Shown piece by piece: positions 1 to 10,175 of a DNA stretch of 64,000 nt. Under the pieces are notes generated by a model that was not told where the DNA came from, ran no database searches, and worked only from the letters and a program-made list of their open reading frames with translations. Origin of the DNA: an uncultured Candidatus Saccharibacteria bacterium. Lineage in GTDB: Bacteria > Patescibacteriota > Saccharimonadia > Saccharimonadales > CAZVRA01. The number at the start of each line of letters is the position of its first letter. Position 1 is the first letter of the stretch. Location of the stretch: positions 91,569-155,568 of the forward strand of contig CAZVRA010000001.1 in assembly GCA_964630055.1 (NCBI GenBank), written 5' to 3'. Position numbers and translations under genes: made by a program.

Positions 1-1
1 C

Positions 2-586
2 GAGGCTGGCCACGCAATTGTTGGTCATGTTCTGCCGGAAAGCGACATGGTGCACAAGGTTACTATTATTCCGCGCGGTGGCACCGGCGGCGTAACTTGG
101 TTTATACCGCCCGAAGACAAGAGCTACCACACAATATTGGAGTACAAAGATATTCTGGCGCGCATTCTGGGCGGGCGAATTGCTGAAGAAGTTATTTATG
201 GGGCAGACCGTGTTACTACTGGCGCCGGTAATGATCTTCAAAAAGCTGCTGAACTTGCTAGGGATATGATCGTTAATCAGGGGATGGGTAAAAAGCTGCG
301 CGACCAAGTTTTTCATGTAGACGAAGGTATGATGCTAGACCGGCTGGTACACGAAAGAACTTATTCCGACGACACCGCCAAGGTGATTGACCAGGAAGTA
401 GAAAGCTTGATTACGGAAGCTGCCAATAGGGCCCGGGAGGTAATAAAATCCAATCTACATAAGCTCGAAGAGCTAAAAGATAGGCTGCTCGACAAAGAAA
501 CTGTCGAGGCCGAAGAGGTTCTAGAGATTTTACAGGGTTCATATTTGCCTGCAGCGGCATCAATCCATGCGGCTGCTAGCCATTAA
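2..586 (+). CDS. ftsH: ATP-dependent zinc metalloprotease FtsH, C-terminal part (5' end upstream of window)
   Basis: Frame already open at base 2 and reads EAGHAIVG (HEAGH zinc site of M41 peptidases), then KVTIIPRGGTGG. Same frame as ORF-track piece 47..586. Stop at 584-586. Confidence 0.9.
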   Translation, partial: EAGHAIVGHVLPESDMVHKVTIIPRGGTGGVTWFIPPEDKSYHTILEYKDILARILGGRIAEEVIYGADRVTTGAGNDLQKAAELARDMIVNQGMGKKLRDQVFHVDEGMMLDRLVHERTYSDDTAKVIDQEVESLITEAANRAREVIKSNLHKLEELKDRLLDKETVEAEEVLEILQGSYLPAAASIHAAASH

Positions 587-643
587 TCAATTTTAATTAT
601 TTTAGCTTTTTTATAGGTACGTGGGCGGGTATAATAATACCTA

Positions 644-2236
644 ATGAATCGTTTACTCAGCCGTGCCAACAAAAAAATCGGTCTGGGCGGTGCGGCTATG
701 ATGATGATTGCCGTGGCACTGCTAGGTCAGACTTTAGGTTTTTTTCGTAACCGCTTGGTTAGCGCCAACTTTACGGTGCATGACCCTGGTAGCACCGATG
801 CTTTTTTTGCTGCCTTCCAGATACCAGATTTCTTTTACCTAACCATTGCGGCCGGTGCTTTGGGAGTGGCTTTTGTGCCAGTGCTGGCTGATCGCCTGCA
901 AAAAGGTGATCGTCAGGGCATGTGGGATCTTACCAATAGTCTGCTTAATCTGCTAACCTTGGTTATGGCTGTGGTAGCTGTGGTTATTTTCTTTTTTGCA
1001 CGGCCGCTGCTGCACACTATTGTGGCGCCCAAATTAACGCCACATCAGCTAGACCAAGCCACCACAATAATGCGTTTTTTGGCTCTGAATCCGTTGTTTT
1101 TTACGTTGTCGGGCATTATTACTAGCGTGCAGCAAACTTTTGGGCGGTTCTTCTTTTTTGCTGTGGCACCGCTGTTTTATAACCTGTCGATTATTGCTAG
1201 TGTTTATATTTTTAAAGACCACTTGGGTGTGGTTGGGCTTGGTTTGGGTGCATGTGTAGGCGCTTTTTTGCAACTTTTGGTGGCCGGTTTTGGCATGTGG
1301 GGATTGGGCTTTAAATATAAGCCAAAAATCAACTTTAAAAACACCGACTTTAAACACGTCATGAGTGCTCTGCCGGCCAGGTCTATCGACCAGGGGATCG
1401 ACTCTATAAACAGTATTGTCGAAACTAACCGAGCTAAGACATTAGGCAATGGGCCGGTTAGCTATTTTAACTTTGCCATGACTCTCCAGAATGTGCCGAT
1501 TATGCTGTTTGGTACGGCTATTGCCACGGCGGCGTTTCCTAAACTGGCCGATCGGCTGGCTCAAAAAAGGCCCGATTTGTTCCATAAAGATTTTTTCCAG
1601 ATTTTACGCCTAATGATCTGGATAGCCATGCCGGTGGTAGTGGTTTGCTACTTTGCCCGCGGCTATTTGGCGCGTATGTTGTTTGGCGATGTGGCTCCAG
1701 AGGTGTCGCTGATATTTGGCTATTTGTGCGTGGCTATTTTATTTAGAATTATTTATAGCATTGTGTCGCGGTATTTTTATGCGCAAAAAGATACGCGCAC
1801 ACCTCTTATGGTGTCGTTATTTGCAATTGGTTTAAACATATTTTTGGTGTTTCGATTAGCAGCGCCAACGGCCTACGGCATTGCTGGCCTGGCTATGTCC
1901 CAATCCATAACCGCTGCTGTAGAAATTTTACTGTTGTTTACAGTTATGTTTGCACGTGACCATTATTTGGCTAATGCTGCGTTCTGGGGGGCGATTATGC
2001 GTATTGTGTCGGTGACTGGCTTTACTGTGCTGACGGCTTTTATTATGGTTTCGCTGCTGCCGCTAGAAATTGCGGATCGTGGGTTTATTACCCTTGGCTT
2101 CAAGCTGGGTGGTATTGCATCGGCAACCTTCTTGGTGCACGTGTTTGTGTCGCTGTTGTTCGGACTGGATGAGCCTAAACCGGTGCTCAAAAAAATTGCC
2201 AGCTATATTTTAAAACCAATTAAAATCCAGTACTAA
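644..2236 (+). CDS. murJ: lipid II flippase MurJ/MviN
   Basis: 530-aa polytopic membrane protein. N-terminal LLGQTLGFFRNRLV and overall helix pattern typical of MviN/MurJ. TATAAT 630-635 lies 8 nt before the ATG. Confidence 0.8.
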   Translation: MNRLLSRANKKIGLGGAAMMMIAVALLGQTLGFFRNRLVSANFTVHDPGSTDAFFAAFQIPDFFYLTIAAGALGVAFVPVLADRLQKGDRQGMWDLTNSLLNLLTLVMAVVAVVIFFFARPLLHTIVAPKLTPHQLDQATTIMRFLALNPLFFTLSGIITSVQQTFGRFFFFAVAPLFYNLSIIASVYIFKDHLGVVGLGLGACVGAFLQLLVAGFGMWGLGFKYKPKINFKNTDFKHVMSALPARSIDQGIDSINSIVETNRAKTLGNGPVSYFNFAMTLQNVPIMLFGTAIATAAFPKLADRLAQKRPDLFHKDFFQILRLMIWIAMPVVVVCYFARGYLARMLFGDVAPEVSLIFGYLCVAILFRIIYSIVSRYFYAQKDTRTPLMVSLFAIGLNIFLVFRLAAPTAYGIAGLAMSQSITAAVEILLLFTVMFARDHYLANAAFWGAIMRIVSVTGFTVLTAFIMVSLLPLEIADRGFITLGFKLGGIASATFLVHVFVSLLFGLDEPKPVLKKIASYILKPIKIQY

Positions 2237-2284
2237 AATATAACCTCCACGGTAAACTATTTCTCATCTGTTATAATGACTGTA

Positions 2285-4066
2285 ATGAGCCAGTCTAAAA
2301 TTAGGAATTTTTGTATTATTGCCCATATTGATCATGGTAAGTCAACTTTGGCTGACCGTTTGCTCGAAATAACCGGCACTGTCCAAAAGCGTGACATGAA
2401 GGCCCAGCTTTTGGACAAAATGGACCTAGAGCGTGAGAAGGGTATTACCATTAAGTTGACGCCTGTTCGAATGAACTACCAGGGTTATCAGCTTAATTTG
2501 ATTGATACGCCAGGGCATGTTGATTTTAGTTATGAGGTTTCGCGTAGCTTGGAAGCTTGCGAGGGGGCTATTTTGGTGGTTGATGCCGCCCAAGGAATCC
2601 AGGCTCAGACTTTGGCTAATGTTTATTTGGCTATGGCGGCCGACTTGGCAATCATACCAGTTCTTAACAAAATTGATTTACCAGCCGCCGATGTGCCGCG
2701 AGTTACGGCCGAAGTTGTAAGCCTGCTGGGCTGTAACCCGGCAGATATTTTGCATATCAGTGCCAAGACTGGCCAGGGGGTAGAGTCGGTGCTGGAGGCG
2801 GTTGTCGGTAGAGTTCCGGCACCAATTTCTGCGGCAGATGCCTCGGCTCGAGCATTAATTTTTGACAGTTACTACGATGATTACCGTGGGGTAATTTTAT
2901 ATGTGCGTTTGGTCGATGGCCAAATTGCTAAGGGTGAGCAGCTGCAAATGATGGCCACAGGTGCGCACGGCTTGGCATTGGAGGTTGGGCACCTAAAGCC
3001 AAGTATGTCGCCAGATCAGGCGCTAGTTAGCGGCGAAATTGGCTATATTGTAACTAACCTTAAAAGTACTCGTGAAGCCAAAGTGGGTGATACGGTCACA
3101 ATTGTTGGTACGGCCGCCGAAAAACCATTACCGGGTTACCAAGAGGTCAAGCCATTTGTCTATGCTGGCTTTTTCCCAGAGTCAAACGAATATTACCAAG
3201 AGCTAAAAGATGCCATAGAAAAGCTCAGCCTAAGCGATTCGGCTCTGCAATTTACACCAGAAAATTCGCCAGTGCTGGGTTTTGGGGTGCGGATTGGGTT
3301 TTTGGGCTTGCTGCACATGGACATTGTACGAGAGCGCCTGGAGCGCGAATACGACCTAAGCCTAATAGTCACCAATCCCAGCACGGATTATCATGTTACT
3401 TTAACCACCGGCGAGCAAATCGACATCAAGTCGGCCGCCGACTTGCCTGATGTTGCAAAGGTGGACACTATTGCCGAGCCCTGGATAAAGGGCGAAATTG
3501 TTGTGCCAAAAGATTACGTTGGCGCTGTGATTCAATTAGTCTCTAGCAAGCGTGGCTTGCAAAAAAACCTCAGCTACGTGGATGCCCAGCTGGCCTTGGT
3601 TAGTTTTGAAGCGCCGCTGGCCAACCTGCTGACCGATTTTTACGATCAGCTAAAAAGTGTTACTAGCGGCTATGGCAGCTTTAATTACGAACTAGCGGAT
3701 TATCGAACAGAGGATTTGGTGCGAGTCGATTTTTACGTAGCTGGCGACATGGTGGCGGCACTTAGCGTTATGGCGCATCGCAGCGAGGCTCAGCGCTTGG
3801 GCCGCGAAACGGTCGAAAAGCTCAAAGATGTTATCCCACGGCAGAACTTTCAGGTGGCACTGCAAGCAGGTATTGGTGGTAAATTTATTGCTCGCGAAGA
3901 TATTTCGGCTTACCGCAAGGACGTTACAACTGGTTTGTATGGCGGTGATGTTAGCCGCAAAAAGAAGGTTCTGGCCAAGCAGGCCAAGGGCAAAAAGCGT
4001 CTAAAACGCTTTGGCAAGGTCGATATACCGGCCGAAGCCTTTACGGTTATGCTCAAGCGGGACTAA
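2285..4066 (+). CDS. lepA: elongation factor 4 (LepA)
   Basis: GTPase motifs IAHIDHGKSTL, DTPGHVDF, NKIDL. LepA-type C-terminus GKKRLKRFGKVDIPAEAF. Start placed at ATG 2285 because ATG 2276 overlaps the TATAAT box 2272-2277. Confidence 0.95.
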   Translation: MSQSKIRNFCIIAHIDHGKSTLADRLLEITGTVQKRDMKAQLLDKMDLEREKGITIKLTPVRMNYQGYQLNLIDTPGHVDFSYEVSRSLEACEGAILVVDAAQGIQAQTLANVYLAMAADLAIIPVLNKIDLPAADVPRVTAEVVSLLGCNPADILHISAKTGQGVESVLEAVVGRVPAPISAADASARALIFDSYYDDYRGVILYVRLVDGQIAKGEQLQMMATGAHGLALEVGHLKPSMSPDQALVSGEIGYIVTNLKSTREAKVGDTVTIVGTAAEKPLPGYQEVKPFVYAGFFPESNEYYQELKDAIEKLSLSDSALQFTPENSPVLGFGVRIGFLGLLHMDIVRERLEREYDLSLIVTNPSTDYHVTLTTGEQIDIKSAADLPDVAKVDTIAEPWIKGEIVVPKDYVGAVIQLVSSKRGLQKNLSYVDAQLALVSFEAPLANLLTDFYDQLKSVTSGYGSFNYELADYRTEDLVRVDFYVAGDMVAALSVMAHRSEAQRLGRETVEKLKDVIPRQNFQVALQAGIGGKFIAREDISAYRKDVTTGLYGGDVSRKKKVLAKQAKGKKRLKRFGKVDIPAEAFTVMLKRD

Positions 4067-4155
4067 TTAATAGTTGTATCGACAATATGTGCTTGCTCAA
4101 TTAAGCCACTTATGGTTAATTATAAGCAGTAATATTATTAAAAGGGTAGGTTGGT

Positions 4156-6336
4156 GTGAATAGCATTAGAAACAAAGCGTTTTTTAAGGATAAAAAGTTT
4201 TTGGTAGCCGGCATAACAGTTTTGGTTTTTGCTGTTTTGGGAGCATTTTTGCTTCAACGCAGCATGGCTAGCAGTGGGCTAACCCCTACGGCTTCCTGTG
4301 GCGCCCGAGTAGCAAACTACAACTATCAGCGCCCATTTGGCGCCGATGCTGCCTGGAACGTTCCAGCCTGTAATTTAAAAAAATGGTCACGATCGGACGA
4401 CATGGTTAATCGGGTTTGGAATTTTTCTCAGCGTTGGCGATATGATTTTGCCAGACCAAACGGCGACTGGTCTATGGAGTTTGGCCTGGTAGACGACAAA
4501 TATAAAACCGATAGCTTTGCGTTGCCCATTTACAACGCCAAAGACGCTACTTATAAGGCAAAGGCCAAGCTTAAGACTGGCTATGGAGCCGTTGCCAATT
4601 TAGGGTCAGATATTTGGAGTAATAGCGAGGACGATTGGGGCGCAAGCATACCTTTTAACCAGAGTTGGCGGCCATCTACTGGTAGTGATGGACAAATGAC
4701 CATAATTGACCCCGATACTGGCAAAATGTGGGACCTATGGGCAACGGCCTGGGATGGCTTCCAGAACCCTAAAAATACTGTAGCTTCTTGTTTGACCGAT
4801 CTAAACAATAGTCAGCCGCAGAGCTTGTTTTTCCCTAATGGCCGCGGTGGATACGATACAGCCAGTGATTTGTGTGTTGGTTCGGCCATACTTTCTAGGG
4901 GCCCAGACGGCAAGCCAGCCGATTATAGGACATACACGGGTAATTCCCCGGGAGCGACTGGCCTGGGTCTACAGCATTATGCGGGTATTATTACCCCCGA
5001 AGAAGTGGCCGCTGGCGAGGTAAGGCACGCCACCAGATTAACCGTTGCCAATACTATTTTTGCTCCAGATTGCGCATCCATGGGCGTGACCTCAATTGAT
5101 GATATGCGAATTGGCAGCGAATGCGGTACAGCGCTAGCGCCTGCCGGTATGTTCGAAAAAACATCGGCTAACGATTCGCCTGGCGAATTTGACTCACGTT
5201 TTGGTAATTTTGGTAATAATGCCAACGAAAGAAGGCGCAACTCGGTTCCGGAGGGGCTAAGAATAGCGCTAAATATTACCGATCAGGAAATAGAAAACTG
5301 GTTAACCAGCCGAGGCTACACCGGTCGCAAGCGCGAAACGGCCAGAGTGATAGCTGTGGGCATGCGGGATTACGGCCTGATTGTGTCCGACAGCTCGGGC
5401 ATGGCCGGCATACAGGCTATGGGCGCCGAAAACCCCGAGACAGCCAAAAAATGGCGTGATCTTGGTTTGGATGGCGATGGCAAAAACTTGCTGTTTGGCT
5501 TGTTCCAGAAAGAAAAATTGTATGCTGTAGAACCAGCCGTTAACACCTGTAAAAATGGAGTTAAAAGTCGTTTTTACTGCCATGCTAGTGCCACGGGTTA
5601 CTCGGAAGATATAGCTCGCCAAGCAGCCGTAAACGACCCTTCGGCTCCGGTGCAGCCAGCGAATACCCCGCCAACTGTTGCTATAGCCGCACCTACCGAC
5701 GGCCAGACCGTTGTTAACACGGCTACAGTTATAACTGCCAAGACCAGCGACGACGGTTACGTGGCCAAAGTTCAGTACATGAATGGTCCTAACACCGTGG
5801 CGACATCGACCGCTGCGCCAGATTATGCAGCCAGCCTTAGTAGCTTGCCAGTTGGTTCGTACAAGCTGACGGCCGTAGCCACCGATAACAAGGGTGCTAC
5901 AGCCACATCGGCGCCAGTTAACGTAACCATTAAGGCGGCAGCTACTCAGACGCCAGTACCGGTTAATAACCAGACGACCCAAAAACCTAGTGCCAATGAA
6001 TTATCGTCTAAACCAGCAGTGGTTACTACTTCGGTCACGCCACCAAGTGTCCCGGCTAATCTTGGCGGTTACCTAAACTTCGACATCACCCGTTGGCACT
6101 ATGCGATTGTGCCAAATTGGTCCAAATCTAGTTCGACAAATGTTAAAACTTATGTCCTAAAACGAGACGGCATAGAGATTTATCGGGGCCCCAATACTAG
6201 TCATAGTGACTTCAACATTGCTGACGGCAAAACATACACTTACGAGGTGAGCGCCTTTGACGGCACTTACTATTCGACACCAAAAACCTTCAAGGCCACA
6301 ACTAAGTGCTACTGGTTCTACTGCACGCTACAATAG
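4156..6336 (+). CDS. secreted/surface protein with C-terminal Ig-like and FN3-like modules (central domain unrecognised)
   Basis: GTG start after AAAGGGTAGG. N-terminal hydrophobic anchor FLVAGITVLVFAVLGAFLL. Ig-like segment PPTVAIAAPTDGQTV...VNVTI. FN3-like segment ending YTYEVSAFDG. Confidence 0.6.
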   Translation: MNSIRNKAFFKDKKFLVAGITVLVFAVLGAFLLQRSMASSGLTPTASCGARVANYNYQRPFGADAAWNVPACNLKKWSRSDDMVNRVWNFSQRWRYDFARPNGDWSMEFGLVDDKYKTDSFALPIYNAKDATYKAKAKLKTGYGAVANLGSDIWSNSEDDWGASIPFNQSWRPSTGSDGQMTIIDPDTGKMWDLWATAWDGFQNPKNTVASCLTDLNNSQPQSLFFPNGRGGYDTASDLCVGSAILSRGPDGKPADYRTYTGNSPGATGLGLQHYAGIITPEEVAAGEVRHATRLTVANTIFAPDCASMGVTSIDDMRIGSECGTALAPAGMFEKTSANDSPGEFDSRFGNFGNNANERRRNSVPEGLRIALNITDQEIENWLTSRGYTGRKRETARVIAVGMRDYGLIVSDSSGMAGIQAMGAENPETAKKWRDLGLDGDGKNLLFGLFQKEKLYAVEPAVNTCKNGVKSRFYCHASATGYSEDIARQAAVNDPSAPVQPANTPPTVAIAAPTDGQTVVNTATVITAKTSDDGYVAKVQYMNGPNTVATSTAAPDYAASLSSLPVGSYKLTAVATDNKGATATSAPVNVTIKAAATQTPVPVNNQTTQKPSANELSSKPAVVTTSVTPPSVPANLGGYLNFDITRWHYAIVPNWSKSSSTNVKTYVLKRDGIEIYRGPNTSHSDFNIADGKTYTYEVSAFDGTYYSTPKTFKATTKCYWFYCTLQ

Positions 6337-6366
6337 CGCTTGGTACAAAATTACACACCTTAGTTT

Positions 6367-6393
6367 TTAGCGCTCGTTGCAGTCGAGTGCTAA
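6367..6393. promoter_or_regulatory. CIRCE operator (HrcA site) in the hrcA promoter
   Basis: TTAGCGCTC-N9-GAGTGCTAA versus consensus TTAGCACTC-N9-GAGTGCTAA (1 mismatch). Followed by TGcTATAAT (-10 at 6401-6406) and ATG at 6413. Confidence 0.85.
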
Positions 6394-6412
6394 AAAATGC
6401 TATAATGCAAGC

Positions 6413-7123
6413 ATGACAAGTCGACAGCAAAAAGTGCTTCAATCGATTATTGAACAATATGCCGAAGTTGCTAGCCCGGTTGGTTCTAATTTGCTGGCCA
6501 AAGTTTTTGGCGTTTCATCGGCGACTATTCGCAGCGAAATGGCCGAATTAGAGCAGGCTGGCTATATAATGCAGCCTCACACTAGTGCTGGCAGAATTCC
6601 AACCGACAAGGGCTATCGGTTTTATGTTAATCATTTGGGCGACACGCAACATGCCGAAACGGCCAACGAGCGGCGCGGCGAAAAGGCTTTGACCAGCCGT
6701 ACGGCTGGCGGAGGTGTGCCGGATCGTCTGATACGCACAACAGTCGATACTTTGGTAGAACTGACTCACAACTTAGGCTTGGCTACTATTGGCGACCAAC
6801 TTTATATGAGCGGGCTGTCTAACTTATTTGGCCAGCCAGAGTTTATGAATACTGAGCAGGTCAAAGAGGTGGCGCGCTTGCTGGACAACCTAGAGCCATG
6901 GCTTTACGAAGCAGCCCCCAACGAACCGCTCAGTGTTTACATTGGCCACGAAAATCCCATCGGTCGTAGTGCTGGCTGCTCGTTAATTGTTAGTCGCTTT
7001 CGCAGTCCGTTTTCCGACACAAGTTACATTGGAGTACTTGGTCCGACCAGACAAAGCTACCGAGATGTTATGAACTTGGTGCGCCGCGCCGGCCAAAACC
7101 TAGAGGAGATTTTATATGTCTAG
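6413..7123 (+). CDS. hrcA: heat-inducible transcription repressor HrcA (short form, 236 aa)
   Basis: N-terminal winged-helix MTSRQQKVLQSIIEQYAEVASPVGSNLLAKVFGVSSATIRSEMAELEQAGYIMQPHTSAGRIPTDKGYRFYV. Sits before grpE-dnaK and behind a CIRCE. ATG 6413 chosen over TTG 6377, which lies inside the CIRCE. Confidence 0.85.
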   Translation: MTSRQQKVLQSIIEQYAEVASPVGSNLLAKVFGVSSATIRSEMAELEQAGYIMQPHTSAGRIPTDKGYRFYVNHLGDTQHAETANERRGEKALTSRTAGGGVPDRLIRTTVDTLVELTHNLGLATIGDQLYMSGLSNLFGQPEFMNTEQVKEVARLLDNLEPWLYEAAPNEPLSVYIGHENPIGRSAGCSLIVSRFRSPFSDTSYIGVLGPTRQSYRDVMNLVRRAGQNLEEILYV

Positions 7124-7415
7124 AACCATAGTTGATCAGCGTTTCTTTGAGCAGCCCGGATTTACCGAACTGTTTGATGCATATTCCAATATGTTTGAGC
7201 GTAAGGATGACGGCCAATACAAAATACCACCCGACGAGGCCTTGGCTGGCGTAATGAAGGTTCGTCATGAACTCGACATGCAGTATTTACTAGCCACAAG
7301 AGAAATGAACCAGATAGAGCGTATTGCCTGTAAGTATGCCATAGAAATGTCTATTATGGCCGACGAGCTAGAATATGAAAACGAAAACGAGGATTTGGCT
7401 GGGTACATAAAATGA
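7116..7415 (+). CDS. hypothetical small acidic protein (99 aa) inside the hrcA-grpE operon
   Basis: Start overlaps the hrcA stop by 8 nt and the stop overlaps the grpE start (ATGA at 7412-7415). No family recognised. Confidence 0.6.
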   Translation: MSRTIVDQRFFEQPGFTELFDAYSNMFERKDDGQYKIPPDEALAGVMKVRHELDMQYLLATREMNQIERIACKYAIEMSIMADELEYENENEDLAGYIK

Positions 7416-7951
7416 ACAGATCACACAAGAACAAGCAAAATCAGCCAGATTCCAGCTTGCCAGACCACGAGGAAGTTACAGTTTTGCAACAACAAATTGG
7501 CGAGCTAACCGAGGCCTTGCAGCGCGAAAGAGCCGACGTTAGCAATATTCGCCGCCGACACGCCGAAGATATGGCCAACCTGCGGACCAGCGCTGTGGCC
7601 GATGTTGTTGAGCAGCTACTACCAGTTATAGACAATTTTGAGCGATCGCTTAAATACGTACCAGAAGATTTGGCCGATAACCAGTATGTTAAGGGTGTTG
7701 GCGGCTTAATTAAGCAGTTTCAGAGCACGCTAAGCGCTATGGGCGTGCAAAAAATTCCAACGGTGGGGCATGGTTTTGACCCCAATCTTCATGAGGCGGT
7801 TAGCATGGAAGAAGGCCAAGGCAAGCACGAAGTAGTTACCGAGGAGCTCCAATCTGGTTATAGTATGGGCGACAAAATTATTCGACATGCCATGGTGCGA
7901 GTTGGTCATAGTGATCTCGCGCCATCCGATGCTACTACCCCAGCCAAATAA
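7412..7951 (+). CDS. grpE: nucleotide exchange factor GrpE
   Basis: 179 aa. N-terminal coiled coil and C-terminal FDPNLHEAV...VRVG pattern typical of GrpE. Position between hrcA and dnaK. Confidence 0.85.
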   Translation: MNRSHKNKQNQPDSSLPDHEEVTVLQQQIGELTEALQRERADVSNIRRRHAEDMANLRTSAVADVVEQLLPVIDNFERSLKYVPEDLADNQYVKGVGGLIKQFQSTLSAMGVQKIPTVGHGFDPNLHEAVSMEEGQGKHEVVTEELQSGYSMGDKIIRHAMVRVGHSDLAPSDATTPAK

Positions 7952-7967
7952 CTTATAAAATTGTAAG

Positions 7968-7994
7968 TTAGCACTCTTGACATGTGAGTGCCAA
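7968..7994. promoter_or_regulatory. CIRCE operator overlapping the dnaK promoter
   Basis: TTAGCACTC-N9-GAGTGCCAA (1 mismatch). TTGACA (7977-7982) sits in the spacer and TATACT at 8001-8006. A degenerate second copy CTGGCAGTA-N9-GAGTGCTAA lies at 8005-8031. Confidence 0.85.
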
Positions 7995-8102
7995 CTAATA
8001 TATACTGGCAGTATTGCATGTTGAGTGCTAAAATTATCGTAGTAAATATTAGCTAAAGTAAAGCAAACTATTAACAATAAGTTATAAAAAAGGGGAAATA
8101 AT

Positions 8103-10046
8103 ATGGGTAAAATTATCGGAATCGATCTTGGTACAACCAACAGCGCTATGGCGGTTATGCAGTCGGGCAAGGCCGACATTATTGCCAATAGCGAGGGCAA
8201 CCGTACCACGCCTAGCGTGGTGGCCATCAACAAAAATAAGGAGCGCTTGGTGGGTCAAGTTGCTCGCCGCCAACAGGTTACTAACCCAAAAAACACAATT
8301 TACGAGGTCAAGCGTTTAATTGGCCGCCGCTGGGAAGACAAAGAGGTTCAGCGTGACCTCAAGCTGCTAGGCTACGAAATTGTCAAAAGCGGCAGTGGCG
8401 TTAAGGTTAAGATGGGCGGCAAAGAATACAGCCCCGAAGAAATCAGCGCCATGATTTTGGGCAAGCTAAAGGCCGACGCCGAAGCATTTTTGGGCCAAAA
8501 AGTAGACGAGGCAGTCATTACCGTGCCGGCTTATTTTGACGACGCTCAGCGCCAGGCTACCAAAGATGCCGGCAAAATTGCTGGCCTCGAGGTCAAGCGC
8601 ATAATTAACGAGCCAACAGCGGCCGCACTGGCCTACGGCTTAGACAAAGGCAGCAAAAAAGACGAAAAAATCGTTGTCTTTGACCTGGGTGGTGGTACCT
8701 TCGATGTGTCCATTCTGGAGCTAGGTGATGGTGTCTTTGAGGTAAAAAGCACCAATGGCGACACGCATTTGGGTGGTGCCGACTTTGACCGTGTCCTGGT
8801 TAACTACTTCGCCGACGAATTTAAGCGCGAGCAGGGCATAGACATCCGCGAAGACAACGCCGCTATGCAGCGCCTACGTGATGAGGCCGAAAAGGCCAAA
8901 ATTGAGCTTAGCTCTACTAACGAAATCGACATCAATTTGCCATTCTTAACGGCCGACGCCGACGGGCCAAAACACTTTGAGCTTAAGTTGACTCGTGCCA
9001 AGCTAGAAAGTTTGGTTGGCGACCTGGTGGACAAAACCGCTGTGCCATGCGAAAAGGCGCTTAAAGATGCCGGACTAAAAGCCAGCGACATAGATGCAGT
9101 TGTTTTGGTGGGTGGTATGACCCGCATGCCAGCCGTGCAGGCCAAGGTTAAAGAGATATTTGGCAAAGACCCAATGCAGGGCGTTAACCCCGACGAAGTA
9201 GTGGCCATTGGCGCCGCTATTCAGGGTGGCGTGTTGCAGGGCGACGTCAAGGACGTACTGCTGCTAGACGTCACCCCACTGAGCCTAGGTATAGAAACTT
9301 TGGGCGGTGTGGCAACCAAGCTAATCGAGCGCAACACGACTATTCCGACCAGTAAATCCGAGGTCTTTAGTACAGCCGCCGACAACCAGAACCAGGTAGA
9401 AATTCATGTTGTCCAGGGCGAGCGCGAATTTGTGACAGACAACAAGTCGCTTGGTCGGTTTGTGCTAGACGGCATTCCTCCAGCTCCGCGCGGTGTGCCT
9501 CAGATCGAAGTTACCTTTAACATCGACGCCAACGGTATTTTAAACGTTACCGCCAAGGACAAGGGCACTAGCAAGGAACAAAGCATTACTATCCAAAATA
9601 GTGGCAACCTAGACAAGTCCGAGGTCGAGAAAATGGCCAAAGAAGCCGAGACTCATGCCGAAGAAGACAAGAAAAAACGCGAGGCAATCGATGCTCGCAA
9701 CCAGCTAGACAGCGCTATTTACCAAGCCGAAAAAATGAAGTCCGACAACAAAGATAAGCTGGACGAAGCCGACGTTAAAAAGTTGGACGAAGCCGTCGAA
9801 ACTGCCAAAAAGGCAGCTGGCGACGAAGCCGCCGACAAAGATACGTTGGAGGCCGCAGCCAAGGCGCTAACAGAGGCAATTATGCCAATTGGTGCCAAAA
9901 TGTACGAAGCTGCCAGTAAAGCCGAAGAAGCCGCCGAGGCCGCCAAAGAAAAAGACCAAAAATCCGACAGCGACTCAGGCTCAAAGGCTAAAAGTAAAGA
10001 CAAGGACGAGCCAGTCGAAGGCGAAGTGGTAGACGAATCCAAATAA
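8103..10046 (+). CDS. dnaK: chaperone DnaK (Hsp70)
   Basis: [48 protein letters not shown] upstream. Confidence 0.98.
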   Translation: MGKIIGIDLGTTNSAMAVMQSGKADIIANSEGNRTTPSVVAINKNKERLVGQVARRQQVTNPKNTIYEVKRLIGRRWEDKEVQRDLKLLGYEIVKSGSGVKVKMGGKEYSPEEISAMILGKLKADAEAFLGQKVDEAVITVPAYFDDAQRQATKDAGKIAGLEVKRIINEPTAAALAYGLDKGSKKDEKIVVFDLGGGTFDVSILELGDGVFEVKSTNGDTHLGGADFDRVLVNYFADEFKREQGIDIREDNAAMQRLRDEAEKAKIELSSTNEIDINLPFLTADADGPKHFELKLTRAKLESLVGDLVDKTAVPCEKALKDAGLKASDIDAVVLVGGMTRMPAVQAKVKEIFGKDPMQGVNPDEVVAIGAAIQGGVLQGDVKDVLLLDVTPLSLGIETLGGVATKLIERNTTIPTSKSEVFSTAADNQNQVEIHVVQGEREFVTDNKSLGRFVLDGIPPAPRGVPQIEVTFNIDANGILNVTAKDKGTSKEQSITIQNSGNLDKSEVEKMAKEAETHAEEDKKKREAIDARNQLDSAIYQAEKMKSDNKDKLDEADVKKLDEAVETAKKAAGDEAADKDTLEAAAKALTEAIMPIGAKMYEAASKAEEAAEAAKEKDQKSDSDSGSKAKSKDKDEPVEGEVVDESK

Positions 10047-10071
10047 ATTGTCTTTCTGCCGCGACGCTAAA

Positions 10072-10106
10072 AAAAGCCGCCCCAAATCCGGGCGGCTTTT
10101 GCTTTT
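10072..10106 (+). terminator. rho-independent terminator after dnaK
   Basis: AAAAGCCGCCC-caaatcc-GGGCGGCTTTT followed by GCTTTT. Confidence 0.8.
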
Positions 10107-10175
10107 AGGGCCAATCACATGCCCGGTATATGCTATACTGAATAAAGTTATAAGCATAAACACAGTTGGATTTAT

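Noticed and set aside
5302-5982. 226-aa ORF on the minus strand inside the 4156..6336 gene
   Set aside because: Entirely antisense to a longer ORF that has a coherent signal anchor and Ig/FN3-like modules. Its R/G/C/W-rich composition is typical of antisense frames of GC-rich coding DNA.
7730-8273. 167-aa and 63-aa minus-strand ORFs spanning the grpE 3' end, the CIRCE/promoter and the dnaK 5' end
   Set aside because: They would run through the dnaK operator-promoter and overlap two very well supported genes.
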